Positions 19,601-29,749 of a stretch of DNA of 64,000 bases are shown here, piece by piece. Positions within the stretch are counted from its first letter, which is position 1; every line of letters starts with the position of its first letter. The stretch spans positions 2,470 through 66,469 of the forward strand of contig JAJYGQ010000003.1 in the NCBI GenBank assembly GCA_021785065.1, given 5' to 3'. The notes beneath the pieces were generated by a model. The model had not been told where the DNA came from and did no database searches. It saw only the letters and a list, made by a program, of their open reading frames with translations. This stretch comes from a bacterium (GTDB taxonomy: Bacteria; Patescibacteriota; Minisyncoccia; Phycocordibacterales; JAKAEA01). The position numbers and the translations under genes were made by a program.

Positions 19601-20165
19601 AAAAATGGAAAATGATCAGGAGAGTGTGCACCTTGAACGGTGGTCAGATGTTTCGGGAGGCGATCAAAAACTACTAACAGCAATGAACGCAACCAGAACG
19701 CTCGTGTCGCTGGCGCTTGAAAAACGGGCGGCGGCAGGGATAAAAATTCGCCAGCCACTCGGCGAGCTTTCAGTGAACGATTCGTTTGCCGCGGTGGCCG
19801 ACGACGAGGGCCTGGCCGAATTGGTGCGCGATGAAGTGAATGTGAAGAAAATTTTCAAAAACACGGAGCAAGCGGAGCCGGTTGTGCTGAATACAGCCAT
19901 CACACCTGAGCTCAAAAATGAAGGGATCGCTCGCGAGTTTATCCGCTCGATTCAAGATCTGCGCAAAAACGCTGGCTTGCGACCCAATCAAGAAATTACA
20001 CTTATCGTTGAAACTGCATCAGCCGGCCGAAAAATTATCGAAACACATGCTGCGGATATTCGCCAGGTAATCCGCGCCAAGAAAATTCTCTTCAAAATCG
20101 CAGAATCCGCGACGAATGAATTTTCTATTGATGATTTTGTTTTTAAAGTACGTTGGGAATTGTAA
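16641..20165 (+). CDS. ileS: isoleucyl-tRNA synthetase (type 2) carrying an inserted histidine-phosphatase (PGAM-like) domain
   Basis: HYGHILAGTIKD (HIGH) and KMSKRLKN (KMSKS); CP1 editing domain; about 180-aa in-frame insert (about 18201..18740) with RHGQAESN and VSHAAPL motifs between WRCEECG and HRPYID. Confidence 0.9.
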   Translation: MLVFEPRMAQSDEQDKKTIKSPIAEREEATLAFWRERDIFQKTLDKKSLVKDGKEWEFIFYDGPPFATGEPHYGHILAGTIKDVIPRYKTMCGFHVPRRWGWDCHGLPIENLIEKELGLSTRKDIEMYGIEKFNAAARASVLRYDTLWKEIIPRTGRFVDMDHSYVTMDWRYTESIWWSFSELNKKELVYQGFKPMHLCPRCETTLSNFEVGLNYKEVTDISVYVKFELVDEPGTFLLAWTTTPWTLPGNVALAVNPKIKYVRVKIETEKGTTLAIVANERLSAIKETYTIEEEFSGKKIVGKKYKPVFPYYENAAEIEHKENFYTVQAADFVTTEDGTGVVHIAPGFGEDDYNLSQTAGLPFIQHVGVDGRFKKEVTDFAGQQVKPRPTAEEPNAHQRADVEIIKYLAAHGALFAKEKITHSYPHCWRCDTPLLNYATSSWFVKVADIKKKLVAENKKVRWVPEEIGQGRFGMWLENARDWAVSRSRFWGAPLPVWRCEECGTFEFIDSVKTLSEKLKRNEYFLMRHGQAESNVANVIVADEKAEDPLTAEGEQQAADAAKKFSETLAGKKIDAIFSSPFERTHQTAEIVARELGFEGKIEIDERLRELGAFAFEGESREKRNEAYREGRVPSNDETQTHEEKRIAEFFHDIDARFKGKTILVVSHAAPLAAALRLVEPLGEKSVGFMDNAEIRPLPFVALPHDAHFNLDLHRPYIDAVEFACSKENCRGTMKRVPDVFDTWYESGSMPFASIHFPFEQKSSKKPPRFPADFIAEGQDQTRGWFYTLLILNTALFGHAPYKNVVVNGIILAEDGQKMSKRLKNYPDIRFVLDKYGADALRYYLLSSPVVEAEDLAFSEKGLDEVVKKVINRLDNVYAFYALYADKNIAPSANSPHVLDRWILAALSNMLGEVTGELDNYRLDAAARPFAQFVDDLSTWYIRRSRDRFKNTDTARDAIATTRFVLRELAKGLAPFMPFLAEDLYQKVKMENDQESVHLERWSDVSGGDQKLLTAMNATRTLVSLALEKRAAAGIKIRQPLGELSVNDSFAAVADDEGLAELVRDEVNVKKIFKNTEQAEPVVLNTAITPELKNEGIAREFIRSIQDLRKNAGLRPNQEITLIVETASAGRKIIETHAADIRQVIRAKKILFKIAESATNEFSIDDFVFKVRWEL

Positions 20166-20755
20166 TGTCGCACCACATCTACACAACTCCGGCGGTGGTT
20201 CTCGCGAGCACACCTGCTCGCGAGGCGGATCGACGTTACACGCTCCTCACCGAACAATTCGGGATTATTTGGGCGAATGCACTTGGCGTTCGACGAAACA
20301 CTTCAAAATTGCGCTACGCGCTTCAAGATTTCTCGATGCTCTCGGTGTCGCTCGTACGGGGGAGAGAATACTGGCGTATCACCAATGCTCGTGCCGATCA
20401 AAATATATACTGGCGTCAACAAACCAATCAACAGCTTTTAGAAACGGTTGCTCGTATTTTTCGTCTGCTTACTCGCCTCGTACCAGGAGAAGAAAAAAAC
20501 GAGCAGCTCTACCAAGAGGTAGTAAATGCATTAGATTTTGTAAACAGCTGCAACCTTTCGGGTGACGATGTTGTCGCATTTGAACACATTATTGTTTTAA
20601 GAATTTTACGTGACCTCGGCTATAATTCAGCGTCCCATGAATTAATTCAATTTCTTAGTAGTCCCTGGAGCGCACATCTCATTACTGAAGCTTGTGATAA
20701 TCGAAAAAAAATTGTTACAGCAATTAATTTTTCCTTACAGCAATCACAACTGTAA
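20165..20755 (+). CDS. recO: DNA repair protein RecO
   Basis: RecO N-terminal OB-fold pattern (AVVLASTPAREADRRYTLLTEQFG...), start overlaps ileS stop. Confidence 0.75.
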   Translation: MSHHIYTTPAVVLASTPAREADRRYTLLTEQFGIIWANALGVRRNTSKLRYALQDFSMLSVSLVRGREYWRITNARADQNIYWRQQTNQQLLETVARIFRLLTRLVPGEEKNEQLYQEVVNALDFVNSCNLSGDDVVAFEHIIVLRILRDLGYNSASHELIQFLSSPWSAHLITEACDNRKKIVTAINFSLQQSQL

Positions 20756-20831
20756 ATTATACCCTTGATAAAAGTCTCTTATTGAAGTACACTACATCTA
20801 GATATAGAAATGATAGCTCCTTTTCTCTCCG

Positions 20832-20868
20832 TCCCCGACTACATACGTTGTGTAGTCGGGGATTTTTA
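20832..20868 (+). terminator. rho-independent terminator
   Basis: CCCCGACTACA-tacgttg-TGTAGTCGGGG followed by ATTTTTATT. Confidence 0.75.
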
Positions 20869-20920
20869 TTGTGTGTAATACCCCGTGCGTCCTTAGGGAA
20901 GAGCGTGTATACTTTTAACA

Positions 20921-22840
20921 ATGGCTGCATCAAAACCAGATTTTGACGGTTTAGAAAAACTTGGTCATAAGATTTATGATCGAGATTTTCCTGCTATTTC
21001 AAATTTTGCAAAACCTAAATTGCCGGATAATGCAAACAGCGCGCCAAAACGGTGGGACGATACAGAAAAACTCTTTGCCGATTCTACAAGCACCCAAGGC
21101 GGCCGTCGATTTCCCCTCAAGGCTGTTTTTATTGGGTCGATCATATTTTTTTTACTGTGTGTTGCCGTTGCGGGAGTAATTATCTATCGTGGTTTAAATA
21201 CAGTTTCAAATAGTAATGTTGACTTGTCATTTCTCGGTCCGGTGACTATTGCCGCCGGTACGCCACTTAATTTTTCAGTTGTTATAAAAAATAACAATCA
21301 AATTTCGCTCCAAAATACACAACTGTATTTAAGTTTTCCGAATGGTACGGTTGAGGCTTCACATACATCAGTACCGCTGCTCCACGAATCCGATGTCTTA
21401 GGAACGGTCGCATCGGGAACTTCGGTGACGCACGATGTACAGGCTGTAATTTATGGGGCTGAGCACGCTACCGAACAAATTACTGCAACGATTCAATACT
21501 CTCTTCCCAACAGTAATGCGCTTTATCAAAAAAAGGAAATATACACTATTGGCATTAGTTCCGCGCCACTTACGATGAGTGTTAATGCTCCCAACCAAAC
21601 ACCGCCGGGTGCCCCTGTTCATTTTGTACTGACGCTCGGTGCCAACTCAAGCAATCCGCCTGCTAATGTGTTAGTAACGGCGCGATATCCCTTTGGCTTT
21701 CAATTTGCAAGTTCTACACCAGCGCCAATATACGATAATTCAGAATGGTTGTTTCCCAGTATTTCAGCTAGCAGTACGCGAACCATTATTATTACGGGCT
21801 ACTTGCAAGGTCAAGAAAATGACCAAGAAACAACGCAATTTCTTGTTGGCACGCAAAGTCAAACTGACCCTAAGAAGCTCGACGTAATTTATCTTGCTCA
21901 AAATCAAACGCTCACGATTCAACAGTCGCCCATTGCACTTAACCTCGCTGTGGGTATTACGAGCGGTCAAAATATTGTCGTTCAACCTGGTATTTCAAAC
22001 GGCACGCTTACGATTACTAATAATTTACCTGTTGATTTGTTGAATGCTGAAACCACGCTAACGTTGAACGGTAATGCTCTCGATCCCACAAGTGTGAGCG
22101 CTGGTCAGAATGGTATCTATCGAGAACCCACGCAAGCTATTACCTGGGATCGTCTCTCGGATCCTGGCCTCGGCACCTTGAGCCCTGGACAATCAGTAAC
22201 GCTCAACTTTAATTTTTCAACGTTGCCAGCAAATGTTCTTGCTAACTTAGCAAATGGTGCAATTACTTTGAATGCCAATGTAACTGGTCAAGAATTTGGT
22301 GCCGCGCCGAATGCTGCTCCTATTTCTTCAACGTCTACTGTTACTGCGCGATTAGTATCAGCGGTCAATATACTGGCGCATGCTGTCTACTCTACTGGAC
22401 CGTTTTCTAATACTGGACCCGTACCACCTCGTGCTGATATGCCAACCACCTACACGATTCTCTGGACATTAACCAATAGTTCAAATACAGTGTTGGGGGA
22501 CACGGTTACTGCCACTTTGCCGCCGTACGTAAAATGGCTCAATAACATAAATCCCAGCACTGCCGCGGTAACATTCGATACTAATTCAAATACCATTACC
22601 TGGAATCCGGGGACGCTGCCGGCGGGTGGCGCGGCTCCTGTTGCCTCGGTGGCGTTTCAAGTTGAAGTCGATCCGACTATTGATCAGATAGGATCGGCGG
22701 CGCCCATCGTCAACAATATTTCATTTAGTGGCACAGACGGATTCGTTAATGTTCCAGTCTCGGCATCTGCCGGATCATTGACGACCGATATCTCTACCGA
22801 TCCGACGTACGGTTCGCAGAATGGTTTTGTCACCCAATAA
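20921..22840 (+). CDS. hypothetical membrane-anchored surface protein (N-in, single TM, large S/T/N-rich ectodomain)
   Basis: TM helix near residue 70, about 560-aa low-complexity beta-rich ectodomain. Confidence 0.5.
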   Translation: MAASKPDFDGLEKLGHKIYDRDFPAISNFAKPKLPDNANSAPKRWDDTEKLFADSTSTQGGRRFPLKAVFIGSIIFFLLCVAVAGVIIYRGLNTVSNSNVDLSFLGPVTIAAGTPLNFSVVIKNNNQISLQNTQLYLSFPNGTVEASHTSVPLLHESDVLGTVASGTSVTHDVQAVIYGAEHATEQITATIQYSLPNSNALYQKKEIYTIGISSAPLTMSVNAPNQTPPGAPVHFVLTLGANSSNPPANVLVTARYPFGFQFASSTPAPIYDNSEWLFPSISASSTRTIIITGYLQGQENDQETTQFLVGTQSQTDPKKLDVIYLAQNQTLTIQQSPIALNLAVGITSGQNIVVQPGISNGTLTITNNLPVDLLNAETTLTLNGNALDPTSVSAGQNGIYREPTQAITWDRLSDPGLGTLSPGQSVTLNFNFSTLPANVLANLANGAITLNANVTGQEFGAAPNAAPISSTSTVTARLVSAVNILAHAVYSTGPFSNTGPVPPRADMPTTYTILWTLTNSSNTVLGDTVTATLPPYVKWLNNINPSTAAVTFDTNSNTITWNPGTLPAGGAAPVASVAFQVEVDPTIDQIGSAAPIVNNISFSGTDGFVNVPVSASAGSLTTDISTDPTYGSQNGFVTQ

Positions 22841-22852
22841 TCACAATATTTT

Positions 22853-24172
22853 ATGGCACAAGAAAACAATATGGAAAAAGTTATTTCGCTGGCCAAGCGG
22901 CGCGGCTTCATCTATCAGGGGTCGGAAATTTATGGCGGCCTAGCCGGTACCTGGGATTACGGCCCACTTGGTGTAGCGTTGAAAAATAACTTAAAGACGC
23001 TCTGGTGGCAGATGTTTGTGGAAGAGCGCGAAGATATGTACGGCGTCGACGCGGCGATTTTGATGAATCAAAATGTGTGGAAGGCGAGCGGTCACGTTGG
23101 TGGTTTTTCCGATCCGCTGGTGGAGTGTTCTAAATGTCACCATCGTTTTCGGGCTGACCATTTGACCGATTTGAAAAAGTGTCCCGATTGCGGTGGGGCG
23201 CTTGGTGATGTTCGCCAATTTAATATGATGTTCAAGACGCACGTGGGGGCGGCCGAAGATGAAGGGGCGGTTTCGTATCTGCGACCGGAAACGGCGCAGG
23301 GTATGTTTGTGAATTTTAAAAATATCATCGATTCATTTCATCCCACCCTGCCGTTTGGTTTGGCGCAAATTGGCAAAGCGTTTCGTAATGAAATTGCGCC
23401 GCGCGATTTTCTGTTCCGGGCGCGCGAATTTGAGCAAATGGAAATTGAATATTTTGTGCGGCCGAATGATTGGGAGCGGTTTTTTGAGGAATTTCGCCAG
23501 CTTATGTGGCAGTGGGTGGAGCGTATTGGCCTACGGCGCGATCGTGTGTATGAGCTTGAGGTGTCGGCTGAAGATCGGGCTCACTATTCGAAGCGCACGA
23601 TTGATTTTGAATTTGAGTATCCGTTTGGGCGCAAGGAGCTCTATGGTTTGGCGTATCGCACCGACTACGACTTAGGCGCGCATCAAAAGGGGAGCGGTGC
23701 TTCGCTTGAATATTTTGATGAAGCGACGAAGGAAAAATTCGTGCCGCATGTTATCGAGCCATCGCTTGGCGTGGATCGCACAGTGCTCGCGATTTTAACT
23801 GATGCCTATACGGAAGACGAGCTCGGCGGCGAGCCGCGCAGTTTTTTGAAACTTTCGCCCGCCATCGCGCCGGTGACCGTTGCGGTATTTCCGCTTTTGA
23901 AAAATAAACCGCCGTTGGTAGAGAAGGCGAGGGAAGTATACGCGCTCTTGCGCGAAGCAAAAAAAACTGCCGGCGGCCGCGCTCGCATTGCTTTCGATGA
24001 TAACGGCAATATCGGCAAGCGTTACCGCCGCCAAGACGAAATTGGCACGCCGTGGTGCGTCACAATTGATTTTCAAACGCTTGAGGATGAAACGGTCACG
24101 CTACGCGACCGCGACAGTGGTAATCAAGAACGCCTGAAAATTTCCGAACTTTCTGGTAGACTCTTGGGATGA
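22853..24172 (+). CDS. glyQS: glycyl-tRNA synthetase (dimeric class II form)
   Basis: RRGFIYQGSEIYGGLAGTWDYGPLG diagnostic N-terminus; class II motifs. Confidence 0.9.
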   Translation: MAQENNMEKVISLAKRRGFIYQGSEIYGGLAGTWDYGPLGVALKNNLKTLWWQMFVEEREDMYGVDAAILMNQNVWKASGHVGGFSDPLVECSKCHHRFRADHLTDLKKCPDCGGALGDVRQFNMMFKTHVGAAEDEGAVSYLRPETAQGMFVNFKNIIDSFHPTLPFGLAQIGKAFRNEIAPRDFLFRAREFEQMEIEYFVRPNDWERFFEEFRQLMWQWVERIGLRRDRVYELEVSAEDRAHYSKRTIDFEFEYPFGRKELYGLAYRTDYDLGAHQKGSGASLEYFDEATKEKFVPHVIEPSLGVDRTVLAILTDAYTEDELGGEPRSFLKLSPAIAPVTVAVFPLLKNKPPLVEKAREVYALLREAKKTAGGRARIAFDDNGNIGKRYRRQDEIGTPWCVTIDFQTLEDETVTLRDRDSGNQERLKISELSGRLLG

Positions 24173-25437
24173 CATTCAAACGAACAATTTTGCCAAGTGG
24201 CTTGCGGATTATTACCGTGCCGATTGCCGATGCTCCAACGGTAACGGTGTTAACAATGGTTGAGACTGGCTCGAAATACGAAAATAAAAAAACGAGCGGT
24301 CTCTCGCATTTTCTGGAGCATATGTGTTTCAAAGGGACTACGAAGCGACCGACGGCCAAAGATATTTCGCTCGAGCTCGACGCGCTCGGGGCTCAGTACA
24401 ATGCCTTTACTTCTGATGAGTACACGGGCTACTGGGCAAAAGCGGCGCGTGATCACGTGGCGACGCTCGTTGATGTGGTGAGCGACATTTATCTTAATTC
24501 AACATTTCCCGCCGCTGAGATTGAAAAAGAAAAAGGGGTGATCGTGGAAGAGCTCAATATGTACCGCGACATTCCGCAGCGACACGTCCAGGAGCTCTTT
24601 ATGAAAGTGCTCTATGGTGATCAGCCGGCGGGTTGGAGTATTGTGGGCACGAAAGAAACAGTGCGGTCCTTTACCCAGAATGATTTTGTGCGTTACCACG
24701 GCGAACATTATGTAGCAAAGGCGACCACAGTTATTGTGGCGGGTGGTTTTTCGGAGCGGCAGGTGCTCGGGCAGCTCAAAAAAGTATTTAGTGGAATGAG
24801 TCGGGCGAAGAAGAGCACTAAACTGCCGGTTAAAGAAATGCAGAAAGCGCCGGCCGTGCTTGTTGAGCGGCGCCCAACTGATCAAAGTCATATTGTTATT
24901 GGTGTTCGCGCCTACAAAGCGGGGCACAAACATCAAATTGCCACTGAAATGCTCGCGGCAATTTTAGGCAGTGGTATGAGTTCGCGACTTTTTCAGCGGC
25001 TGCGTGAGGAGATGGGGATTGGCTATTACGTTCGAGCGGGCTACGACGCTATGACTGACCACGGTATTCTTGCGGTGTCGCTTGGCTGTGATGTGAAGCG
25101 GGTGGATGAAGCAATTGGGGCAATTTTAGCTGAATTTACTCGGCTCAAAGATGAGCTGGTGAGTGCTGAAGAATTAGCCAAGACCAAACAGCATGTTGCT
25201 GGAGGGATGCTTCTAGATTTAGAAACGTCCGATCGCATTGCCGAGTTTTACGCCCATCAGGAAATTCTGCGCCGGCCGTTGCTCAAACCTCAGCAGATTA
25301 TCGAGAAGGTACATAAAGTGACTGCGGCCGAAATCCGCCGTGTGGCTAATGACCTTTTTGTTGATGCTAAACTTAATTTTGCTGGCGTCGGGCCGCTCGC
25401 TGAAGACCGCGTGCTTAAGGATCGCTTTCATTTTTAA
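24169..25437 (+). CDS. M16-family zinc peptidase (pitrilysin-like)
   Basis: Inverted zinc motif HFLEH, M16 length. Confidence 0.8.
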   Translation: MTFKRTILPSGLRIITVPIADAPTVTVLTMVETGSKYENKKTSGLSHFLEHMCFKGTTKRPTAKDISLELDALGAQYNAFTSDEYTGYWAKAARDHVATLVDVVSDIYLNSTFPAAEIEKEKGVIVEELNMYRDIPQRHVQELFMKVLYGDQPAGWSIVGTKETVRSFTQNDFVRYHGEHYVAKATTVIVAGGFSERQVLGQLKKVFSGMSRAKKSTKLPVKEMQKAPAVLVERRPTDQSHIVIGVRAYKAGHKHQIATEMLAAILGSGMSSRLFQRLREEMGIGYYVRAGYDAMTDHGILAVSLGCDVKRVDEAIGAILAEFTRLKDELVSAEELAKTKQHVAGGMLLDLETSDRIAEFYAHQEILRRPLLKPQQIIEKVHKVTAAEIRRVANDLFVDAKLNFAGVGPLAEDRVLKDRFHF

Positions 25438-25441
25438 TTTG

Positions 25442-26950
25442 ATGACTGTCGCTCAATCTAAAAAAAAGTTTTATATCACCACGACGTTGCCCTACGTCAA
25501 CGCCGAGCCGCACATTGGTCATGCCGTAGAGCTGGTTCGCGCTGACACCGTGGCGCGTTTTCGAAAAGCCTGCGGCGATGAAGTGTTTTTTAACACCGGC
25601 ACCGATGAGCACGGCCTTAAAATTTATCAAGGGGCCGAAAAAGCAGGGCAGACGCCGGAAGAATACATCAAGCCGCATGTGCAGAAATTCAGAGATCTGA
25701 TTGCGGCGCTTGGTATCGATTCGGAAATAGTACATTTTACACGAACTACTGATCCGCATCACGTTGCCGCGGCGCAAGAATTTTGGCGACGATGTAAAGC
25801 CAATGGCGACATTTCTTTGAAGCAGCACAAAATAAAATATTGCGTCGGCTGTGAGCTCGAGAAAACAGATTCAGAACTTGTCGACGGTCACTGTCCACTC
25901 CATCCGAATCTAAAAATAGAAATCATAGATGAAGAAAATTACTTTTTTAATTTCAAAAAATATAAAGAGCGGCTGCTCGAACTCTATAGTCGATCGGAAC
26001 AGTTTGTAATTCCCGCGACGCGTCTCGTCGAGATCAAAACGTTCATCGAGCGCGGGCCGGAAGATTTCAGCATTTCTCGTTTGGCGGCGAAAATGCCGTG
26101 GGGCGTGCCGGTGCCCGATGATCCGCGGCATGTCATGTATGTCTGGTTTGAGGCTCTGGTAAGCTATATTTCTGCGCTTGGCTGGCCAGAAGATGAAAAA
26201 AAATTTGCCGAATTTTGGCAAGAGGGCACGCCAGTGCAATACTGCGGCAAGGATAATTTGCGCCAACAGGCGGCGATTTGGCAGGCCATGCTTATGTCGG
26301 CAGGTTTGCCGACGAGTCACCGTATTGTTATTGATGGATTCGTCACTGCCGCCGGTGGTGTCAAAATGTCAAAATCGCTTGGCAATACGGTGAGTCCGTT
26401 CGATATCGTTGCTGAATATGGCACCGATGCATTGCGCTATTTTGTTTTGGCCGAGCTTAGTCCCTTTGAAGACAGCCCGTTTACGCCGGAGCTTTTTAAA
26501 ACTGTGTACAATGCCAAACTTGCCAATGGTCTCGGCAATTTAGTAAATCGAGTGATGAAGATGGCAACGACGAATGATGTCGCGCTGTCACAAGAAGAAC
26601 TTGCCAATAATGAATTTTCTCACAGCGATACTGCGCTCATTGATGCTGTAGTACACGCCGGCCTCCATAATTATGCGTCAGATTTTGAAAAGTTTTCTCT
26701 ACAAGATGTTTGCTCAGCTATATGGGAACTGATACGTATGGATGATGAAATGATCCAGAATAAAAAACCTTTCGCGCTTATTAAGACTGATCCAGAGCAA
26801 GCTAGGAGTGTTATTGTGATACTTCTGCGACATCTTTTAAGAATTGGCAAAATACTCGAGCCGATTATGCCGGAGACGGCGGCGAAAATTCAGGGGCTGG
26901 TGCGCGAAAACAGGATGCCGGTGACCCCGCTTTTCCTGCGCAAAGAATAA
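25442..26950 (+). CDS. metG: methionyl-tRNA synthetase
   Basis: YITTTLPYVNAEPHIGH (HIGH) and KMSKSLGN. Confidence 0.9.
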   Translation: MTVAQSKKKFYITTTLPYVNAEPHIGHAVELVRADTVARFRKACGDEVFFNTGTDEHGLKIYQGAEKAGQTPEEYIKPHVQKFRDLIAALGIDSEIVHFTRTTDPHHVAAAQEFWRRCKANGDISLKQHKIKYCVGCELEKTDSELVDGHCPLHPNLKIEIIDEENYFFNFKKYKERLLELYSRSEQFVIPATRLVEIKTFIERGPEDFSISRLAAKMPWGVPVPDDPRHVMYVWFEALVSYISALGWPEDEKKFAEFWQEGTPVQYCGKDNLRQQAAIWQAMLMSAGLPTSHRIVIDGFVTAAGGVKMSKSLGNTVSPFDIVAEYGTDALRYFVLAELSPFEDSPFTPELFKTVYNAKLANGLGNLVNRVMKMATTNDVALSQEELANNEFSHSDTALIDAVVHAGLHNYASDFEKFSLQDVCSAIWELIRMDDEMIQNKKPFALIKTDPEQARSVIVILLRHLLRIGKILEPIMPETAAKIQGLVRENRMPVTPLFLRKE

Positions 26951-27751
26951 TTGTGTATGAAGCCCGACGACATTCGTTACTTTGACGTTCATTCGCATTT
27001 AAATTTTCCGCAGTTTGAGGCGGATAGGGAAGCGATTATTACCGAGATGGCCGCCGAGAAAATCGCTACGATTACGGTGGGAACGGGGTTAGCAACGTCG
27101 CGAGAAGCTGTTGTGTTGGCCGAGCGACACGAACATTTGTTTGCAGCAGTGGGCATTCATCCTCTCGAGGCGAAGCACTGGGCCGAAGAGCTCACGGGAC
27201 TCGCTGGGCACGAAAGGGTAGTAGCTATTGGTGAGTGCGGTTTGGATTATAGTCGAACGCTTACGAAAGATGACCAAAAGCTACAACGCAACATTTTCGA
27301 ACAGCATATCGATTTAGCTAGTGCGCTTGATAAACCACTTATTATTCATTGTCGTGATGCGTACGACGATGCTTTGGATATTCTACGTACGAAGCAGCAG
27401 GAGGTAGGCGAGCGGATGCGTGGCGACTTTCATTTTTTTACTTCACCGGTGGATACTGCAAAAAAGTGTTTAGATATAGGATTCAATCTTTCTTTTACCG
27501 GACCGATTACATTTACGAGCCAATATGATGAAGTGGTCAGGTATGTACCGCTTGAGCGAATGATGATAGAAACTGATGCGCCGTATGCGGCGCCGCGTAG
27601 TCATCGCGGCCAACGCAATAGTCCGCTCTATGTTGGTGAAGTCGCGGCAAAAATTTCCGCCCTAAAAGGAGTTGACCTTGACATTGTCGAAAAAACTCTG
27701 GTCAAAAATGCTTTTGAACTTTTTTTGAGAAAAAATGTGGCAAAATTTTAA
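26951..27751 (+). CDS. tatD: TatD-family metal-dependent hydrolase/DNase
   Basis: FDVHSHLNF start motif and conserved His/Glu/Asp positions. Confidence 0.8.
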   Translation: MCMKPDDIRYFDVHSHLNFPQFEADREAIITEMAAEKIATITVGTGLATSREAVVLAERHEHLFAAVGIHPLEAKHWAEELTGLAGHERVVAIGECGLDYSRTLTKDDQKLQRNIFEQHIDLASALDKPLIIHCRDAYDDALDILRTKQQEVGERMRGDFHFFTSPVDTAKKCLDIGFNLSFTGPITFTSQYDEVVRYVPLERMMIETDAPYAAPRSHRGQRNSPLYVGEVAAKISALKGVDLDIVEKTLVKNAFELFLRKNVAKF

Positions 27752-27828
27752 CCCTAGTCTGCTATATTCGAGGCTTGGTACGGAGGTATATTTTCCTGTT
27801 GCACTTGTAAGCCGCTTGTGGTACCCTG

Positions 27829-28335
27829 GTGGCTACTATGGCAACAGAACAAATGTCTGATACCAATAATAAAAAAATCTACGAACTCGGCTATCTTTTA
27901 GTCCCTACACTTACTGAAGAGCAAGTTCCTGCAGAAGTAGAGACAATAAAGGCAATACTTAAAAAGGCCGAAGTAGAGGTCATCTCTGAGGATTCTCCTA
28001 AGCTTATTCCTTTGGCATACCAGATGGTGCATGGCACGTCAGGTCAAAAGAAGAAGTTCGATAAGGCTTATTTTGGCTGGATTAAATTCCAAGGCCAAGC
28101 CGCTGCCGCTGAATTTATCAAGCAGAAATGCGATATATATGAGCATTTTCTACGTTTTATGATTATTAAAACGGTTAAAGATGAGCCGCAATCTTCGCCG
28201 CGTGTAAGCTTAAAAACCGTTGTAGCTAGCAGCCCTGTTGCTCGACCGGAATCAACCGAAACTTCTCCTGAAGCCTCTAAACAATCTGTTGATGAAGCTG
28301 AACTTGAAAAAACTCTTGAAAGCATTGTTGCCTAA
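27829..28335 (+). CDS. rpsF: 30S ribosomal protein S6 (with acidic C-terminal extension)
   Basis: YELGYLLVP...EE pattern; upstream of ssb-rpsR as in the canonical operon. Confidence 0.8.
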   Translation: MATMATEQMSDTNNKKIYELGYLLVPTLTEEQVPAEVETIKAILKKAEVEVISEDSPKLIPLAYQMVHGTSGQKKKFDKAYFGWIKFQGQAAAAEFIKQKCDIYEHFLRFMIIKTVKDEPQSSPRVSLKTVVASSPVARPESTETSPEASKQSVDEAELEKTLESIVA

Positions 28336-28396
28336 ATACCGATTTGCTGTCGCTTTTTTTCTCTCAAAATTATATTATTCATAACTTTGTTCGCCT

Positions 28397-28867
28397 ATGT
28401 ATCTCAATAAAGCATTTCTCATCGGTAACTTGACGCGGGATCCAGAATTACGCTCACTTCCTTCTGGAGTTCAAGTTGCGAGTTTTAGTGTTGCTACCAA
28501 CCGTGTTTTTAAGGATAAAAACGGTGCTCGCCAAGAGGCGACTGACTTTCATAACGTGGTAGTCTTTGGTCGCCAGGCTGAAACGGTCGCTCAGTATCTT
28601 AAAAAAGGCTCGTCGGTACTTGTTGAGGGTCGTATTCAAACTCGTTCCTGGGATGCTCAGGATGGTCAGAAAAAATACCGCACCGAGATTGTTGCTGATC
28701 GAGTGCAATTTGGTCCACGCTCGGGTGCCGCGAGTGGTAATCGGGGTGGGGAAGCAAATACCACATCATCAGATGCCGCCAACGCTGCTCCTGTTGACAA
28801 AGCGGCCGGAGTTGATACTATTGAGTACCCATCAGAAGAAATTAATCCCGACGATATTCCATTTTAA
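28397..28867 (+). CDS. ssb: single-stranded DNA-binding protein
   Basis: OB-fold N-terminus (NKAFLIGNLTRDPELR), Gly-rich linker, C-terminal DDIPF tail. Confidence 0.9.
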   Translation: MYLNKAFLIGNLTRDPELRSLPSGVQVASFSVATNRVFKDKNGARQEATDFHNVVVFGRQAETVAQYLKKGSSVLVEGRIQTRSWDAQDGQKKYRTEIVADRVQFGPRSGAASGNRGGEANTTSSDAANAAPVDKAAGVDTIEYPSEEINPDDIPF

Positions 28868-28870
28868 ATT

Positions 28871-29077
28871 ATGTCAAAAAAACAATCTTATTTTTCGCAA
28901 AATAATATTAAACACGTCGATTATAAAGACATTGAGCTTCTTAAGAAGTTTTTAAATCCGCATGCCCGTATCCTCAGCGGCGACCGCACTGGTGTGAGCG
29001 CAAAAGATCAGCGAAAATTAAGATCTGCCGTTAAACAAGCCCGTTTCCTCGGTCTGTTGCCCTACGTTTCTCGTTAA
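28871..29077 (+). CDS. rpsR: 30S ribosomal protein S18
   Basis: 68 aa, YKDIELLKKFL...RILS...LGLLPY typical S18. Confidence 0.9.
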   Translation: MSKKQSYFSQNNIKHVDYKDIELLKKFLNPHARILSGDRTGVSAKDQRKLRSAVKQARFLGLLPYVSR

Positions 29078-29113
29078 ATTCTAGCGGCGTATCCGGCGCC
29101 GATATATGTTGGA

Positions 29114-29692
29114 TTAAAACGCTTTACCGTTGGCGGCGCGTTCTACATATTCTCCAGTTTCTGTATTGATTCGAATAACCTCTCCTGCTTCAATAAAAAG
29201 AGGGGCATTTAAAACCGTACCATTTTCAAGTTTGATTTGTTTCGAGCCGCCTTTAGCGGTGTCGCCTTTAACTGCCGGCGGTGCTTCAACAACTTTAAGT
29301 TCAACTTTAATGGGAATCTCTACACCGAGCATTTTTTCGCCAAACATAAGAGCGGTAACCAGCGTGTTCGGCTTCAAGAAGCGAACTTTATTGCCCACAA
29401 GCGCTTCGGCAATGGGGAAGCGCTTCGAAGGGTCTTTAGCATCACAAAACCAGTGTTCACCACGGTGGGAGTAGAGATACTTTATCTCCTTTTTTTCAAT
29501 TTCTGCCTCATCGACTTTTTCCGATTGATGGAAAGAAATTTCTTTTATGTTGCCGGTAATAAGGTTGCGGAGTTTCGTAGCATTAACAGGTTTACGCTGT
29601 TGTTTACGGAACACGTGCGAATCAATAACCTCATACGGATCATTTTCATAAATGATAAATTTGCGAACGGTGATTTCGTTATATTCAAGCAT
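29114..29692 (-). CDS. efp: elongation factor P
   Basis: 192 aa, EF-P N-terminal KOW-like and two OB domains, KPGKG-equivalent region. Confidence 0.85.
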   Translation of the reverse strand: MLEYNEITVRKFIIYENDPYEVIDSHVFRKQQRKPVNATKLRNLITGNIKEISFHQSEKVDEAEIEKKEIKYLYSHRGEHWFCDAKDPSKRFPIAEALVGNKVRFLKPNTLVTALMFGEKMLGVEIPIKVELKVVEAPPAVKGDTAKGGSKQIKLENGTVLNAPLFIEAGEVIRINTETGEYVERAANGKAF

Positions 29693-29749
29693 AGTAGAAA
29701 GAGTCTACGGGAATTTTGCCAAAAAGGCAACCACTACGATGTCCGCGCG

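Noticed and set aside
16644-20257. Numerous antisense or alternative-frame ORFs inside ileS, argS, glyQS, metG and ftsK
   Set aside because: They are nested in long, well-supported coding regions with clear homology in the other frame or strand. They are typical GC-rich shadow ORFs.
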